In this document: piece by piece, positions 19,111-30,600 of the stretch
How positions within the stretch are numbered: position 1 is the first letter of the stretch
Layout: every line of letters starts with the position of its first letter
DNA from: Trueperaceae bacterium
GTDB taxonomy: Bacteria > Deinococcota > Deinococci > Deinococcales > Trueperaceae
Assembly: GCA_965215565.1 (NCBI GenBank)
Contig: CBDCDZ010000004.1
Coordinates: 2,976,001 to 3,040,000, forward strand
Direction of reading: 5' to 3'
DNA: 64,000 nt
The notes under the pieces: model-generated
What the model saw: only the letters and a program-made list of their open reading frames with translations
What the model was told of the DNA's origin: nothing
Databases searched by the model: none
Position numbers and translations under genes: made by a program

Positions 19111-20275
19111 TATGAGCACAGTTATCGAAACAGTCCAGTTCTCTGGCACACGTCTAACAGAAGCACGAGAAGCTATGGGGCTGTATGTAAATAACCTAGC
19201 GGAACTAATAGGTGTGACACGATCTATGGTGTCTGCTTATGAAAGTGGTAAGAAGAAGCCAAGTGAACAAACCTTTGCTCGCATCTGTACTGTTCTCAAC
19301 CAACCTCCAAGATTTTTCTACTATCCTAATCGAGAATTTGAATTTAAGCATGGAGCCGTACACTATAGAGATTTAGTAAAGAACTCTTTGTACTCCCGCG
19401 CTCAAGCCGGTGTGCGACTAAAGTGGTTGATGGAATATTTTTCCATTTTAGAATGCGAGCTAAACTTACCGCTGCTCAACATTCCAGATTTTGAACCGCC
19501 TAGTGACCCGGCGCTTATCACTGATAGTTTCATTGAATGTATTGCCATTGAAACTAGAAAATTTTGGAAATTGGGCGATGCTCCTATTCCGAACTTAGTG
19601 GATACTTTGGAAAGAAATGGTGTAGTTATAGGTCAGATTTGCCTAGATCTACCTGACTTAGATGGCCTCTCTTTCTGGAGCAACACTAGACAACGGCCGT
19701 TTATACTTCTTAACGCGGACAAGGCAACCTGTGTTCGCTCGAGATTCGACTTAGCGCATGAATTGGGCCACATGCTTCTGCATAAAAATATAACGGACGG
19801 AATTGATAAGAAATCACCTATATATCGACGTGCAGAAGAGCAAGCGCATTTATTTGCATCTGCTCTTTTACTACCACGTAGCTCTTGGGTTAGAGACATT
19901 AGAAATCCTAGCAAAGTCACCTTAGGCACATTCAAAACGCTTAAACCGAAGTGGAAAACGTCAATTAAGGCTCAGATAATGCGTTTATTCAAACTGAACT
20001 TGATAGACAAGGACAAGAAGGAGAGCTTGTACAAGCAGTATGGATCTAAACCTTGGGCAAGGAAGGAACCATTTGATGACTTATGGGTACTTGAAAAGCC
20101 CAAACTTTTCATGCAAGCGACCAAAATGCTGGCAGAGCATGGCTTCGGTGCAGATTTTATTGTACAAATGTTTCCGCTGAGGTCAGAGAATTTAAGCGAA
20201 ATCACAGGCTTACCAAAGACGTTTTTCGACAATAGCAACTTACCTATGCAGCTAAACAGCGCTCATGCAAACTAA
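19088..20275 (+). CDS. XRE HTH + ImmA/IrrE (M78) zinc metallopeptidase
   Basis: N-terminal HTH (RLTEAREAMGL...VSAYESG); RFDLAHELGH; EEQAHLFASALLLP; alternative start at 19112. Confidence 0.9.
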   Translation: MTIRVKIDMSTVIETVQFSGTRLTEAREAMGLYVNNLAELIGVTRSMVSAYESGKKKPSEQTFARICTVLNQPPRFFYYPNREFEFKHGAVHYRDLVKNSLYSRAQAGVRLKWLMEYFSILECELNLPLLNIPDFEPPSDPALITDSFIECIAIETRKFWKLGDAPIPNLVDTLERNGVVIGQICLDLPDLDGLSFWSNTRQRPFILLNADKATCVRSRFDLAHELGHMLLHKNITDGIDKKSPIYRRAEEQAHLFASALLLPRSSWVRDIRNPSKVTLGTFKTLKPKWKTSIKAQIMRLFKLNLIDKDKKESLYKQYGSKPWARKEPFDDLWVLEKPKLFMQATKMLAEHGFGADFIVQMFPLRSENLSEITGLPKTFFDNSNLPMQLNSAHAN

Positions 20276-20536
20276 ACGCCCCTTTTGTTGTAAGAATATT
20301 CGATTGTCAGGCTTCTGTCACTGCCTCTAAACGCCCAATATGGTCAGCGTCTGGATGAGACGCGATAACGAGGTCTACTTGTTCGACACCGACGCTGCGC
20401 AGATACTCAAGCACTTGGTCGTCTCATCCACCGTTCCTCTTATGATTGCCATACCTATAAGCTAAAGAAACCTGTCTTACAGAACGCTGGCTTGAGACCT
20501 ACTCTTTGCAGCCAGCGTAGTAGTGGCTGACCCCGG

Positions 20537-20836
20537 CTACTCCATCTCGGACTTGAACACCCTCCGACTATCCCGCTCTAGCGACCGCGTTAGCTCCTCT
20601 TCGGTAGGCGTACCCATCAACTCCTCTACAGGCGTCTCCAGGACCGCAGCCAGTTTGAGCAGCGTGTCCAAGGTCGGGTTGAACTTGCTCCGTCCCCCCT
20701 CGAACTCCTGATAGCGCCTCAAGGACATCTCGGAACGCTCAGCTACGTCATCTTGGCGCAGCCTGCGTTTCAGCCGTATCTGCCTAAGCCGCCAGCGAAT
20801 AACCCGTTTGTAAGCGTCGTTGTCATCGTCGGGCAT
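20537..20836 (-). CDS. XRE-family HTH regulator
   Basis: RLRQIRLKRRLRQDDVAERSEMSLRRYQEFEGG...NPTLDTLLKLAAVL. Confidence 0.85.
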   Translation of the reverse strand: MPDDDNDAYKRVIRWRLRQIRLKRRLRQDDVAERSEMSLRRYQEFEGGRSKFNPTLDTLLKLAAVLETPVEELMGTPTEEELTRSLERDSRRVFKSEME

Positions 20837-20926
20837 CCGCCCATCATGGCGAGCCCTCCTCCATCTTTGGACGCCCTTATAGTGCGTGTTGTAGAGTAGG
20901 GCAGGTCATAACACATGGGAGGTTTT

Positions 20927-21412
20927 ATGACACGACCTATTCAGTTTTTGGTTTTGTTCATGTTGCTCGTCGGCTGCGCCCCGGTACTCGAGGCTTTGGA
21001 GGGAGAAAGCCAGAGCCAAGCCGAGGTTCTCTGGACCGCCCAAGTCAGCCGCGTCGAGCGTTACGCCGGGCAGTACCAGGGCGAGCAAGGCAGCGCTACC
21101 GTACAGGACGGGCGGGTGCTGGAGCTTGAACTCTCTAACCGGGCCTTTGGTGGCAGTGCTCGCTTTAGCGACAGCAGCCTAGACAGCCCACCTATGCGCA
21201 TCTCTTACAGCGGCGGGGGCTTCTTCGAGGGTCAGGCTACAGCGACCTTCGAGGGTGCAGGCTTCTCGAACTACGTCTTCTTCATAGGAGAGGGGGAGAC
21301 GAACCTAACGGTGGAGAACGGGTTCGTTACGGGTTCCTTGCGCTTCACCGGGTCAGACGATATAGGTCAGGTCATGGATGTCGTAGTCAAGAACATCCGG
21401 GTGCCTTACTGA
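20927..21412 (+). CDS. Hypothetical lipoprotein
   Basis: GGAGG ribosome-binding site; lipobox LLVGC. Confidence 0.7.
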   Translation: MTRPIQFLVLFMLLVGCAPVLEALEGESQSQAEVLWTAQVSRVERYAGQYQGEQGSATVQDGRVLELELSNRAFGGSARFSDSSLDSPPMRISYSGGGFFEGQATATFEGAGFSNYVFFIGEGETNLTVENGFVTGSLRFTGSDDIGQVMDVVVKNIRVPY

Positions 21413-21483
21413 AGGACGAGAGAAGACAATCTTTCGAGGTCTTTAGGGAACGACAAAACCATTCACCTGTCATGGGAGGACAT

Positions 21484-22176
21484 GTGACCCGACACTCATA
21501 TCTACCGCTGTTTTTTGCGCTCGCTTTATGCTTACTTTTATCTTTTGCCTCTGCCCAACTCGAGCTCACCACCCGTCTCACCCCGTGGCCCCCCGAGGGC
21601 TGGCCCTCGGACGCTGAGGGAGAAGTTCACGCCGTCGCCGTAGCGGACGTCACCGTGGAGGACTACAGCGAGGAGAACCTCACGACTGTGTTCTCCTTCC
21701 CTATAAGCGAAACGGGCGAGGTCACCTACCGCTTGCCTGAAGAGTTACCGAGGAGTGCCAGGCGCTTCTACCAAGACGCGAGCTTGGACGACTTCCAACT
21801 CTGTCCTGAGGTCGCCCCCTCCTTGTCACCGCCGGGTGCCCAGATGGTTTTACTCAAACTCGCCCTCTACGCCGATGGGCAGTTCTGGGGCATTGTAGAC
21901 CTCACTGCCGAGCAGGGCGGTCTCTTCGATTACGAGTTGCGCACTCTACTCGGGCTTCTCTACGCACCTGAGCCCTTTCGGGTGGCGGGCAGCGGCTACT
22001 GTTCAGGCGAGGGGTCGCAGGTGACGACCGACCTGGACTTACAAGCGGGGCTCAATTTACTCGAGGTCTCGGGCTCGGCTAGTTTAGCAGGTGGGGAGAT
22101 GCTTCTCACGACGACTGAAACGTTGGACCTGCCGCAGACGCCAATAGGCATCGGGGTCAGTGGCGGTGCGCCCTAG
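21484..22176 (+). CDS. Hypothetical secreted protein
   Basis: Signal peptide ending ASA-Q; GGAGG before the GTG. Confidence 0.65.
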   Translation: MTRHSYLPLFFALALCLLLSFASAQLELTTRLTPWPPEGWPSDAEGEVHAVAVADVTVEDYSEENLTTVFSFPISETGEVTYRLPEELPRSARRFYQDASLDDFQLCPEVAPSLSPPGAQMVLLKLALYADGQFWGIVDLTAEQGGLFDYELRTLLGLLYAPEPFRVAGSGYCSGEGSQVTTDLDLQAGLNLLEVSGSASLAGGEMLLTTTETLDLPQTPIGIGVSGGAP

Positions 22177-22201
22177 CGCCGCACGCCGAGGGGAAAAGCC
22201 T

Positions 22202-22750
22202 ATGTCGAGTCAGCTTCAGAATCACTTGAGCATCTATGCTGCTTCGGGGCGCGTGAAGGACAATGTCGCTGAACGGTTGAGCAAGCTCGACTTCGACGTG
22301 CCCGTAAGTCTCATCCTCGATGATCGCCCCGGCTACGCTCTGACGGTCTTGAGTGCGCTTGAGCGACCTCAGCCCGTCTTACTCATCACCGCTAACCGTT
22401 CACTGCACTACCTGTTGGACCTACTCGAGTATGAGCCGCAGGGATTGTTGGTTGCATCCACCCTGCCACCCGCTCGAGCCCTAGCTTTCTACCTCTCAAG
22501 GGTTGCTGTCGGCGAGCACTTCTACGAGGGTCCCACACCCAGCAAAACGTCTTTGACGCCGAGAGAACGCGAGGTGCTGCGCCGCACGGTGTACGGGGAG
22601 AGCGTCGACGCTTTAGCCCAATCACTCGGCATCATCCCCTACACGGCAGGAGAGCATCTGCGGCATATCAGGGAGAAGCTCGGGGTCGAGCGCAACGTGG
22701 AACTCGTGCTGGCTTACTTCGCCGGGGACACGGCGCACCTCGCAGTATGA
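22202..22750 (+). CDS. LuxR-type HTH regulator with a degenerate receiver-like N-terminus
   Basis: SLTPREREVL...LAQSLGI...HLRHIREKLGV. Confidence 0.8.
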   Translation: MSSQLQNHLSIYAASGRVKDNVAERLSKLDFDVPVSLILDDRPGYALTVLSALERPQPVLLITANRSLHYLLDLLEYEPQGLLVASTLPPARALAFYLSRVAVGEHFYEGPTPSKTSLTPREREVLRRTVYGESVDALAQSLGIIPYTAGEHLRHIREKLGVERNVELVLAYFAGDTAHLAV

Positions 22751-23061
22751 GCGAGGCGACCCGTAGGAGAAACAAGGCGAATGCACGCGAGTACCGCCTG
22801 GACGAGTTGGAGGACGACTACGACCTTTTGGAGAAGCAGGTCTACCGCATGGCTTGGCGGCAAGAGGAGATCAAGCAGGAACTCAAAGACGCGAGAAAAG
22901 AGACGAAACAGCACTTCGATAACTTAGGTGACCTCCTGCACAGCCGCTTCTTCTGGCTGATGTTCGCGGTTTTAGCAGGACTCTGTGTTCTCGCTGTCTT
23001 AGTCGTCGACTTCCGCATGGACCTAGCACAGGTCTTAGAGACCGTGCTGGACTCGCTATAG
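22747..23061 (+). CDS. Small coiled-coil protein with a C-terminal membrane anchor
   Basis: Charged heptad region followed by FFWLMFAVLAGLCVLAVLVV; ATGA overlap with the LuxR gene. Confidence 0.6.
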   Translation: MSEATRRRNKANAREYRLDELEDDYDLLEKQVYRMAWRQEEIKQELKDARKETKQHFDNLGDLLHSRFFWLMFAVLAGLCVLAVLVVDFRMDLAQVLETVLDSL

Positions 23062-23109
23062 CTCTAAAGATGCAGGAAATACACCTATACGGATATAAGA
23101 GAGGAAACC

Positions 23110-24276
23110 ATGATGAAACACAAACACTCGAGTCAACGTCTCGCCCCGACAAATAGGACGCCCAGATTCTCAGAAGGGAGCAAAAAGCCCTTCGCCTCTT
23201 TGGTAAGCCTTCTACTCCTGAGCTTGCTACTTCTAGCCTGTAGCGACACCGCGACCACGCCGACCGAACCACCCACTCAACCTGAGCCGGTCGTTCCTCC
23301 GGGCACCCCTGTAGGCAACTTACAGCTCACGGTAGAAGGTCTACCTGATGGCGCAGACGCCCGCGTCCTGATCGTTGGACCAGAAGACTACAGCGCGACG
23401 GTAACAGGGTCGCAAACCCTGCAGAACCTAAGAACCGGTTCTTACATTCTCGAGGTCGAGAGCATCGAATATAGAGACGCAACGTATAGCGGCGCGTTCG
23501 CGGGGAGCAACCAAACGGAAGTAACGGTGGATGTTACCGAGGACGACACCTCGACTGTAGAGGTGACCTACACCTCAGTCGGCTCGGTCGAAGAGGGCGA
23601 GATAGCCCCAGGTACAGCCAGAGAAGGACTCGTCGCCGAGAACGCCTTCGACGACTACAGCTTCCAGGGCACAGCCAACGTCCCCTTGACCTTCGACTTC
23701 ACGGGGACAGGTGAAGAAAATAGAGGGCAGTACAGCGTTGGTATCTTCGCCGCCGATAATTTAGAAGAGGCCCTCTACAGCAGCTACCGGCTCGGCACCT
23801 ACGGTCGCGCGCCGCTCATCGGCTTCGCCCCTACAGAGGACGGGCAGTATGTGCTGCGCATCCGGGGCGAGGGGGAGGTCGTGGACTACCAGGTCAGGGC
23901 GCAGTACCTGAGCGGACCGCCGGAAGAGAGACAGACGCCTACAGTCATCAACTACGGTGACACCGCCGAGGGTGCGGTTACCTCGGGCTCTTATGACGAG
24001 TACCGCTTCACCGGGACGTTCAACGAGACTATTCTCCTGAGCTTTAGTTACGATGGCGAGGACAGCCGCTACACTGGCAACTGCCGCGTCGAGTTCTACC
24101 GGGTAGGTCAGGAGGAGCCTATAGAGACTTCCCCCTTATATAGCTCCTTCGGCACGCCGCCCGAAATTGACTTCACGCCGCAGGAAGATGGGGACTATCT
24201 CATCAGAGTTGTAGGGGCAGGAAGTCAAGGTAGGAGCTTGGTGAGATATAGCTTTGGGTTAGACCGGTTGGAGTGA
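23110..24276 (+). CDS. Lipoprotein with beta-sandwich and two PPC-like repeats
   Basis: Lipobox LLLAC; duplicated DxYxFxGT...PxEDGxYxxR units. Confidence 0.7.
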   Translation: MMKHKHSSQRLAPTNRTPRFSEGSKKPFASLVSLLLLSLLLLACSDTATTPTEPPTQPEPVVPPGTPVGNLQLTVEGLPDGADARVLIVGPEDYSATVTGSQTLQNLRTGSYILEVESIEYRDATYSGAFAGSNQTEVTVDVTEDDTSTVEVTYTSVGSVEEGEIAPGTAREGLVAENAFDDYSFQGTANVPLTFDFTGTGEENRGQYSVGIFAADNLEEALYSSYRLGTYGRAPLIGFAPTEDGQYVLRIRGEGEVVDYQVRAQYLSGPPEERQTPTVINYGDTAEGAVTSGSYDEYRFTGTFNETILLSFSYDGEDSRYTGNCRVEFYRVGQEEPIETSPLYSSFGTPPEIDFTPQEDGDYLIRVVGAGSQGRSLVRYSFGLDRLE

Positions 24277-24292
24277 GGTGAGCGTCTGAGAG

Positions 24293-24327
24293 TTTTATGC
24301 GACAAACGCGCGCAACTCACGCATAAG
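24293..24327. repeat. TTTTATGCG-N18-CGCATAAG dyad, copy 1
   Basis: Same arms and same 18-nt spacer length as 43302-43336. Confidence 0.6.
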
Positions 24328-24660
24328 ACTATTCGCCGTTACCGCAACCGACATCCTATGAGAACCAACCCTAGATTTCCTCAAAGTGAGTTCTCAAATC
24401 GGCAAGTAAGCCCTCATCTTAGCTCCCAAACTCTTACACGTTTCTTACTTCAGCCCGCTTGCTCATGCTTACTTTTTCACTCTCCGTGGTGTGAAGAAAC
24501 CGCGCTATAGCCGTCGAAAGTCGACATAGCTTCATTTGTAAACCAAGGTTGAACGAGGGTAAATATTCGTGCACCCGTAGATGTACGAGATGCACCGCTA
24601 AAAGTCACTCATGTCTCTATCATGTTCAAGCTGCCCATAGTGGGCCCTTAGAGATAGGAC

Positions 24661-27600
24661 ATGACTATGACTAGAGCTACCCTGCACCCCCGTATGAATC
24701 GCCGCCTCGCCCTCTTCCTCGCCTGGCTATTCCTTTTCAATACTCTCTTCCCGACCGGCTTCGCAGCGGCGCAAATACTGCTCACGGCGAAGCCAGGTCT
24801 GGGCGTCTCGCGTGTACCTCTAAGCGCGATGGCGTTCGACGCGCCCGGCTTCGGCGACCTTGCCGAGGCGATCAACTTAGCGAACGGCAACGTTTACGTC
24901 GCCGTCGACGCTCTCTCGAATAACACGCAGCAGAAGGACACCAGCGACACCATTGGCAAAAGCGGGTGGAACTTTACGCCACGTTTGGAGCTTGAAGAGT
25001 TTCGCGAGAACACACCGAGCAACCTGAATAGACTGACCCTGACGAGCGGCGACGGCAGCATCTCATCCTTTGAGCGCGTTCTGCCGAGCGCGTGTAGCGG
25101 CAGCTATCCAAAGTTCAACTTCAATGATGCGCCGAGCTGGATCAAGCGTTATGACAGCAGCGCACTTCGCTGCAGCCGCAAATTCTATCGCCTCGAGACG
25201 AAACCCGGGCTCAGCTTCGCGGCGAGCTACATCGTGCTCAAGCCTGGCACGGACAGCATTGCGCACTTCTACGCAGCAGACGGCAGCCGCACGACTTTTC
25301 ACAAGGACGGGCGTTTCGCCGACTACACGCAGACGCCCCACCAGCAATACGAAGGCGCAACGCAAAACGACCCCGAGGGAACGAGCGCAGCGAGCCCTAA
25401 AACGGAATTCAAGTACAGGACTTGTATCTCTTGCAACGACGCCTATTACGGGCGGATCGCTTCAGTCACCGACGCCCACGGACGGGTCACAAAGTACGAG
25501 TGGGGAGTCAGACATAGAGCCCACGTGTTGACGGACGTGCATTATCTGCTAAGCGACGGAACGAGCACCTCTAGTGCTGCTCGCTCCATCAGCCTCGAGT
25601 ACACCGGCGAGGTGCCAGGGCAGGTGCTGGTCTCATCGGTCACCTACACGACTTACGACGGTCAAGACGGCGATAATGAGGTCAGCCGAACGATTAGATT
25701 TACCTACCATCCTGACGGCTTCCTCAAGACGACAGTGCGCCCAACTGCTGGCGGTGACCTCACGACCGAGTATGGCTACGACGCCTACTACCGAGTTCGG
25801 TGGGTCGAGCAAACGGGTCAGCCACGGCAAGAATACGACTACTCAGGGACCTCCGAAGATTATGGTGGCACGCTTGTTAAGGTCACTCAAGGAGAAGGTG
25901 AAGGGGCAAAGTACAGCGAGTACCACTTCGACGAAGCGAACAAGTTGCGCAAAAAGTTTGTTAAAGACAGCACCTCGAACGAAGGGGTTGAGAAAGGTGT
26001 CTCGCAGGACGGCACCATCCAAGGTCTCGCGTGGCGCTACGCTTACTATGACAGCGGTAACGTGGGACTCATTGAGGAACCCTCGGGCAAGGTCACTCAC
26101 CTCATCTACGACGAGCGCGGCAACCTGACCCACGAGGCAGTCTACTCGGACCGTAACTACTTTGACCAAGTCTACCGTAAACCTGCTGCCCTCACTATTG
26201 AGCGGACGGGCAACACCTACGGTACGAGGGATGAGTTCTCGCTCACTGTCAAGGTGGAGCGCGACGAACTCGAGAAGGGCATCACCTGGTACCTGGTCAT
26301 GGACAAGAATGGGGGAGAGAAGGAGTACCTACTCGACAGGACGCGGAGCATCTGGTCGGGTAACGAATGGAGCGGAGGTCTCATCCCTGTGGATTCCGAG
26401 GTCACCGAGCGCGGCGATGACTACTACAAAGTTCAAGCTACGTTTAAGATGACTAAATACGGCAGCTCTTTTTACCGCGTTCCAAGACCGGTAAAGCTGC
26501 GCGCGCGGAGCAACCTCGACCCAAGCGAAGCAGCCACTGTGACGCTCACCTACTCACCGCGCATCCGTGAGATCGACCTCACACCAAAGACGAACTTCTT
26601 GATCGTCGCGCCGGATTGCGTCCGCCCACGTAGCGATGTATATTCGAACCCTGAATATCAAACGTGGAGGAATGGCAGGAAGACAACAGTGTCCACATGC
26701 AGCTCGAGCTATTCCATCGTCAAGAGTGTCGACGTCGACGTAGAGAGCTGGGTGAGCAACCCTTCAGCCTACAAGGATGTCACCTATTCCATAACAAAGT
26801 ATTCGTACAAGGGCGTTTCTGGCGTTTCTGCCCCGACGATTGATGCGAAAACCGGCAAGCTCAGTATACCGTGGCACCAGAAGCTTTCGGACCGCGCTAG
26901 CGGAAACACGCCCGATTCCATAACAATCGTGGCAAAGAGCAAGACGGAGACCTGGAAAAAGTCACAAGAGGTAACCATCAACCTCGGCTTTTTCGGCATC
27001 CGCCAGGCGACGCAGGGTAGAGGTCAATGGGACGTGCCAAATCCCAATGACTTAAACTATAAGCGCCAGTATCAGTTCGCGGTTGAGCTTTACAACAGCC
27101 CCTACAAGTACTTGCGGGTCGATTGGTACAGCCCAGTTACTTCGGAGTATGCGGTCAGAGGGTTTGACCACTACGGCGAGAAGCTTCCAGCAGGCTGCTT
27201 CGCCATGAAAAATGCCGGGTTTCTTTGGGAGGCAAAGACCGTTCAGCTCAAGGCGTGGGTCGACCATCCCAAATTCGAGGATGTCTCGGTCAGCGGCAAT
27301 ATCAGAACGATGGCACGCTTTTGGGGCATCGGTGGGGCGGGCAGTGAGACCTGCGGCGGCTACAAGACGGGCAACGGTATTGCGAATAATAGCAGCCTCA
27401 GCCCACAGTCGTACGTAAAACCTATCGCTCCTGAGACATACGACACAATTGAATTTAACGCCGATATCAGCCCAGACTACTTCCGCAGCGAGGAGCTGCG
27501 CCTCTCACCCGAGCCGCGCCCCAACGAGGAGTACAGGACCAGCTACCGCTACGACGGCGACAACCGGCTAGAAGAAGCTACTACGCACGCGCCGGTGGGT

Positions 27601-30600
27601 CTCAACGATGGCTATCTCAGTCACACCTATGAGGACGTGACCGAAGGTGTGAGCTACACCGACTACAGCGTCACTATCGCCGGGCAGACCTTCAAGGCAA
27701 TCCAGAAGGCCGAGCATAGTACTACAGTCGGCAGTACCCAAAAGCGCACGCGTGAGGACGTCTACGCCACTAATGGCTTGCTGCAAAGCAGCACCCTCAA
27801 GTGGGACGGTGAGTGGCGCAAGACCGCCTACACCTACTACGCTTCAGGCGCGCTTGCCCAGCTCGTGCGTCCGAGCAGTGACGGAACAGCCACGCTGTCT
27901 GTTACTCAATATAGCGATCAAGTCAAGAAGGTCGTGACGACGAGTAGCGTGAAGCCGCTCCATAGCGAGTCGGCGGATGAGATCGAGCAGACGTTCGTTT
28001 ATGACCGGCTCGGGCACATCGCCGCCGAGACACTCTCAGGCGTGGTGAGTGAGGTCGACCCCCTGACTTTCGCCGAGCACGCTACCGAGCGCGCCTTTAA
28101 CGGCTTCGGTCAACCTGTTTGGGAGCGGGTCCGCTTAGGCGACGCAGTCGCCAGCGAGCGGGGCTTTGCTTACCACGCTTCGGGCGAACTCCAGAGCGAG
28201 TGGGCAGGCACAAAGCAGAACCTCAGCCTGTATGAGTATCACGCTGATCAGAGCAGCGTAGGACTTTTGAAAGCAATCAAGCGCGGGGTCGCTAGCGTGA
28301 ACGGTGCCCTTACCACCATTCGTCAAGAAGTCGCCTACGGCTACGACGGCTTTCACCGCCTCGCATCTGAGACAAGTAAGGTGGGCGACGAGACCCACAC
28401 CACGAGCTTTGCGTATGACACGCTCGACCGCGTGACCCAGACAACGCTGCCCGACGGCGCAGTGGTCAAAACCTCCTACGACGTTCATGGCGAGGTGGCG
28501 ACGCTCGACGAGCCCTACGTCTTACGCAGCTTCGAGCGCAACGTGATGGGCTACCTCGAGAAGGAGAGCGTCGACGCTAAAGATGGTGAACGCAACGACT
28601 ACATAGTCGAGTACGGTCATGACGCCCTCGGTCGCGTGATCCACATGCTGCCAAGTATCACCGACATCAACCCGAGCGCCAGCGACCGCGCCACGCTCTT
28701 CCGCTACGACAGCGAGGGCAACCTGCGCTGCGAGATCGGTCCGGCGCTGCGCACCGCATCCCACAAACACGCCCTCACCGACGATCGGCGCACCGGTGTG
28801 ACATACACCTACGACGACCTGGGCCGCAAGGTCGAGCAGCGCCAGATGCTCTACGGCGGCGCAGCTAAGGACGGCGGCTGTAACCTAGCCGCCGGGAACC
28901 AAGCAGGTAGCAATCTAGAGCGCGACACCGCGAAGACTACTTACCGCTACGACGGCCTCGGTAACGTAGAGCTTATCGTGGACGCCGAGGGCTACCGCAC
29001 TGAGTCTGCCTACGACGCCGCAGGTCAGGTCTTCCTGTCACGCCGACAGGTCGAGAAAAATAACGATCAATACGCTGAGGTCTGGACTGCCTTCGACGGT
29101 GCTGGCCGACCCATCAAGGTAAAAGACCCCTTGGGCTACACCCGCGAGAGCCATTATGACTCACTCGGCAACGTGCTCGAGGAGGTCAACGAGGCAGGCC
29201 ACCTGGTCAAGCGCTACACCTATACGGCAGACGGACTCCTAGAGACTATCGAAGAGCCCCAGATGACGGACGGCACGCGCGACGACACTCTCTCAATGGT
29301 CGCGACCCAGGTCAACGTCTACGGCCAGCAGCACATGCATCCGACCGCGGTTTACCGCGCCTCGATGGATAAAACCCCGAGTAAGGGCGCGTCGGGTGCG
29401 AGTGGCGGTGTCAGGACGAGCTACGTCTACGACTGGGCTGGTCGCGTGACCGAGACGACTTTGCCAGACGGCGCGACCATCACCCAGAACTACGACCTGC
29501 TCGGCAACGTCACCGAGCTGACGAGCGCCGACGGGTTCACCACCAACTACACCTACGACTACGCGGGTCGCTTGCTGAGCGAGACCAAGCACGCCCGTGA
29601 GGGTAACGCGACGGACGAGGCAGCGGGCCTCGGCGGCGGGCTCACCTCGACTTACACCTACGACACCTTCGGCAACCTCGTCGAAGAGGAGGTGCGGGGG
29701 CTCACCACGACCTACGTCTACAACAGCTTAGGTGAAGTGATAGCCGAATCACGCCCGATGCACGGCGGAGAAAGCGATCTCTACAAGCGCTACGCCTACC
29801 GCTTGGACGGCGCGAAGACCGCTGCCACGAGTTATACTTACGCCGACGACGGGTCGCTCAAAGCGGCTCAGCGCTTCGCCTTGGATAACGGTGTAGGCGG
29901 TCTCACTGCGGGCAGCATCGAGACCTACGGGTTGGACAAGCTAGGCCGCGTGGTAAGCGAACGTACCGAGGGGGTGCGGTCCGAGACTGCCGACGAGGAT
30001 GAGAACGCACCCGACTTCAGTCTCACCGGTAGCGTGCTAGAAAAGCTCGTCACCTACGAGCGCAACGGCTTGGGTCTAGCAACTGCGCGCACCTTGAGCA
30101 ACCAGTCCGCCGCCGATGTCTACGCAGGGTTGCGCGACCCCGAGACGGGCCGCTTCCTCACAATGAGTGGGGGTAGACCGATCGTGGGCTACACCACGCG
30201 CTACGACTACAGCCTGCGCGGGGAGTTGCTCGAGCGGGTCGACGAGATTGCGAACGTCGACGCGGTAGGCAACCCCAGCGGAGGCGTGGAGCAAGCCAAC
30301 CGCTTCACCTACACCTACACATTGACCGGCAAGCAGAAGACCGCCTATCGCGACCTCAGCGTGCGCGTGCTGCGCCTGCAGGGGGAGGACCAGAACTTCG
30401 CGCCGGAGTCCGTTCTGCTAGCCGCGACCCAGGGCACAATTACAAGCAGCTACAACGAGCGCGACCTGCTCAGGCACACCGTGGTCGAGGATCGGGCTAT
30501 AGACGGCAAGGACACGCTCGAGACCACCCCACTCAAGCAGAGCACGACCTATTCCTATTACAAAGACGGCAGTAAGCGCGAGGTCAAGGTCGGCGAGGAC

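Noticed and set aside
20351..20463. 11-bp inverted repeat TGGATGAGACG / CGTCTCATCCA and a 36-codon ORF
   Set aside because: No further support; could be a gene remnant or chance
24293..24327. DdrO-binding RDRM or Xer dif site
   Set aside because: Half-sites are reminiscent, but the 18-nt spacer and arm orientation fit neither
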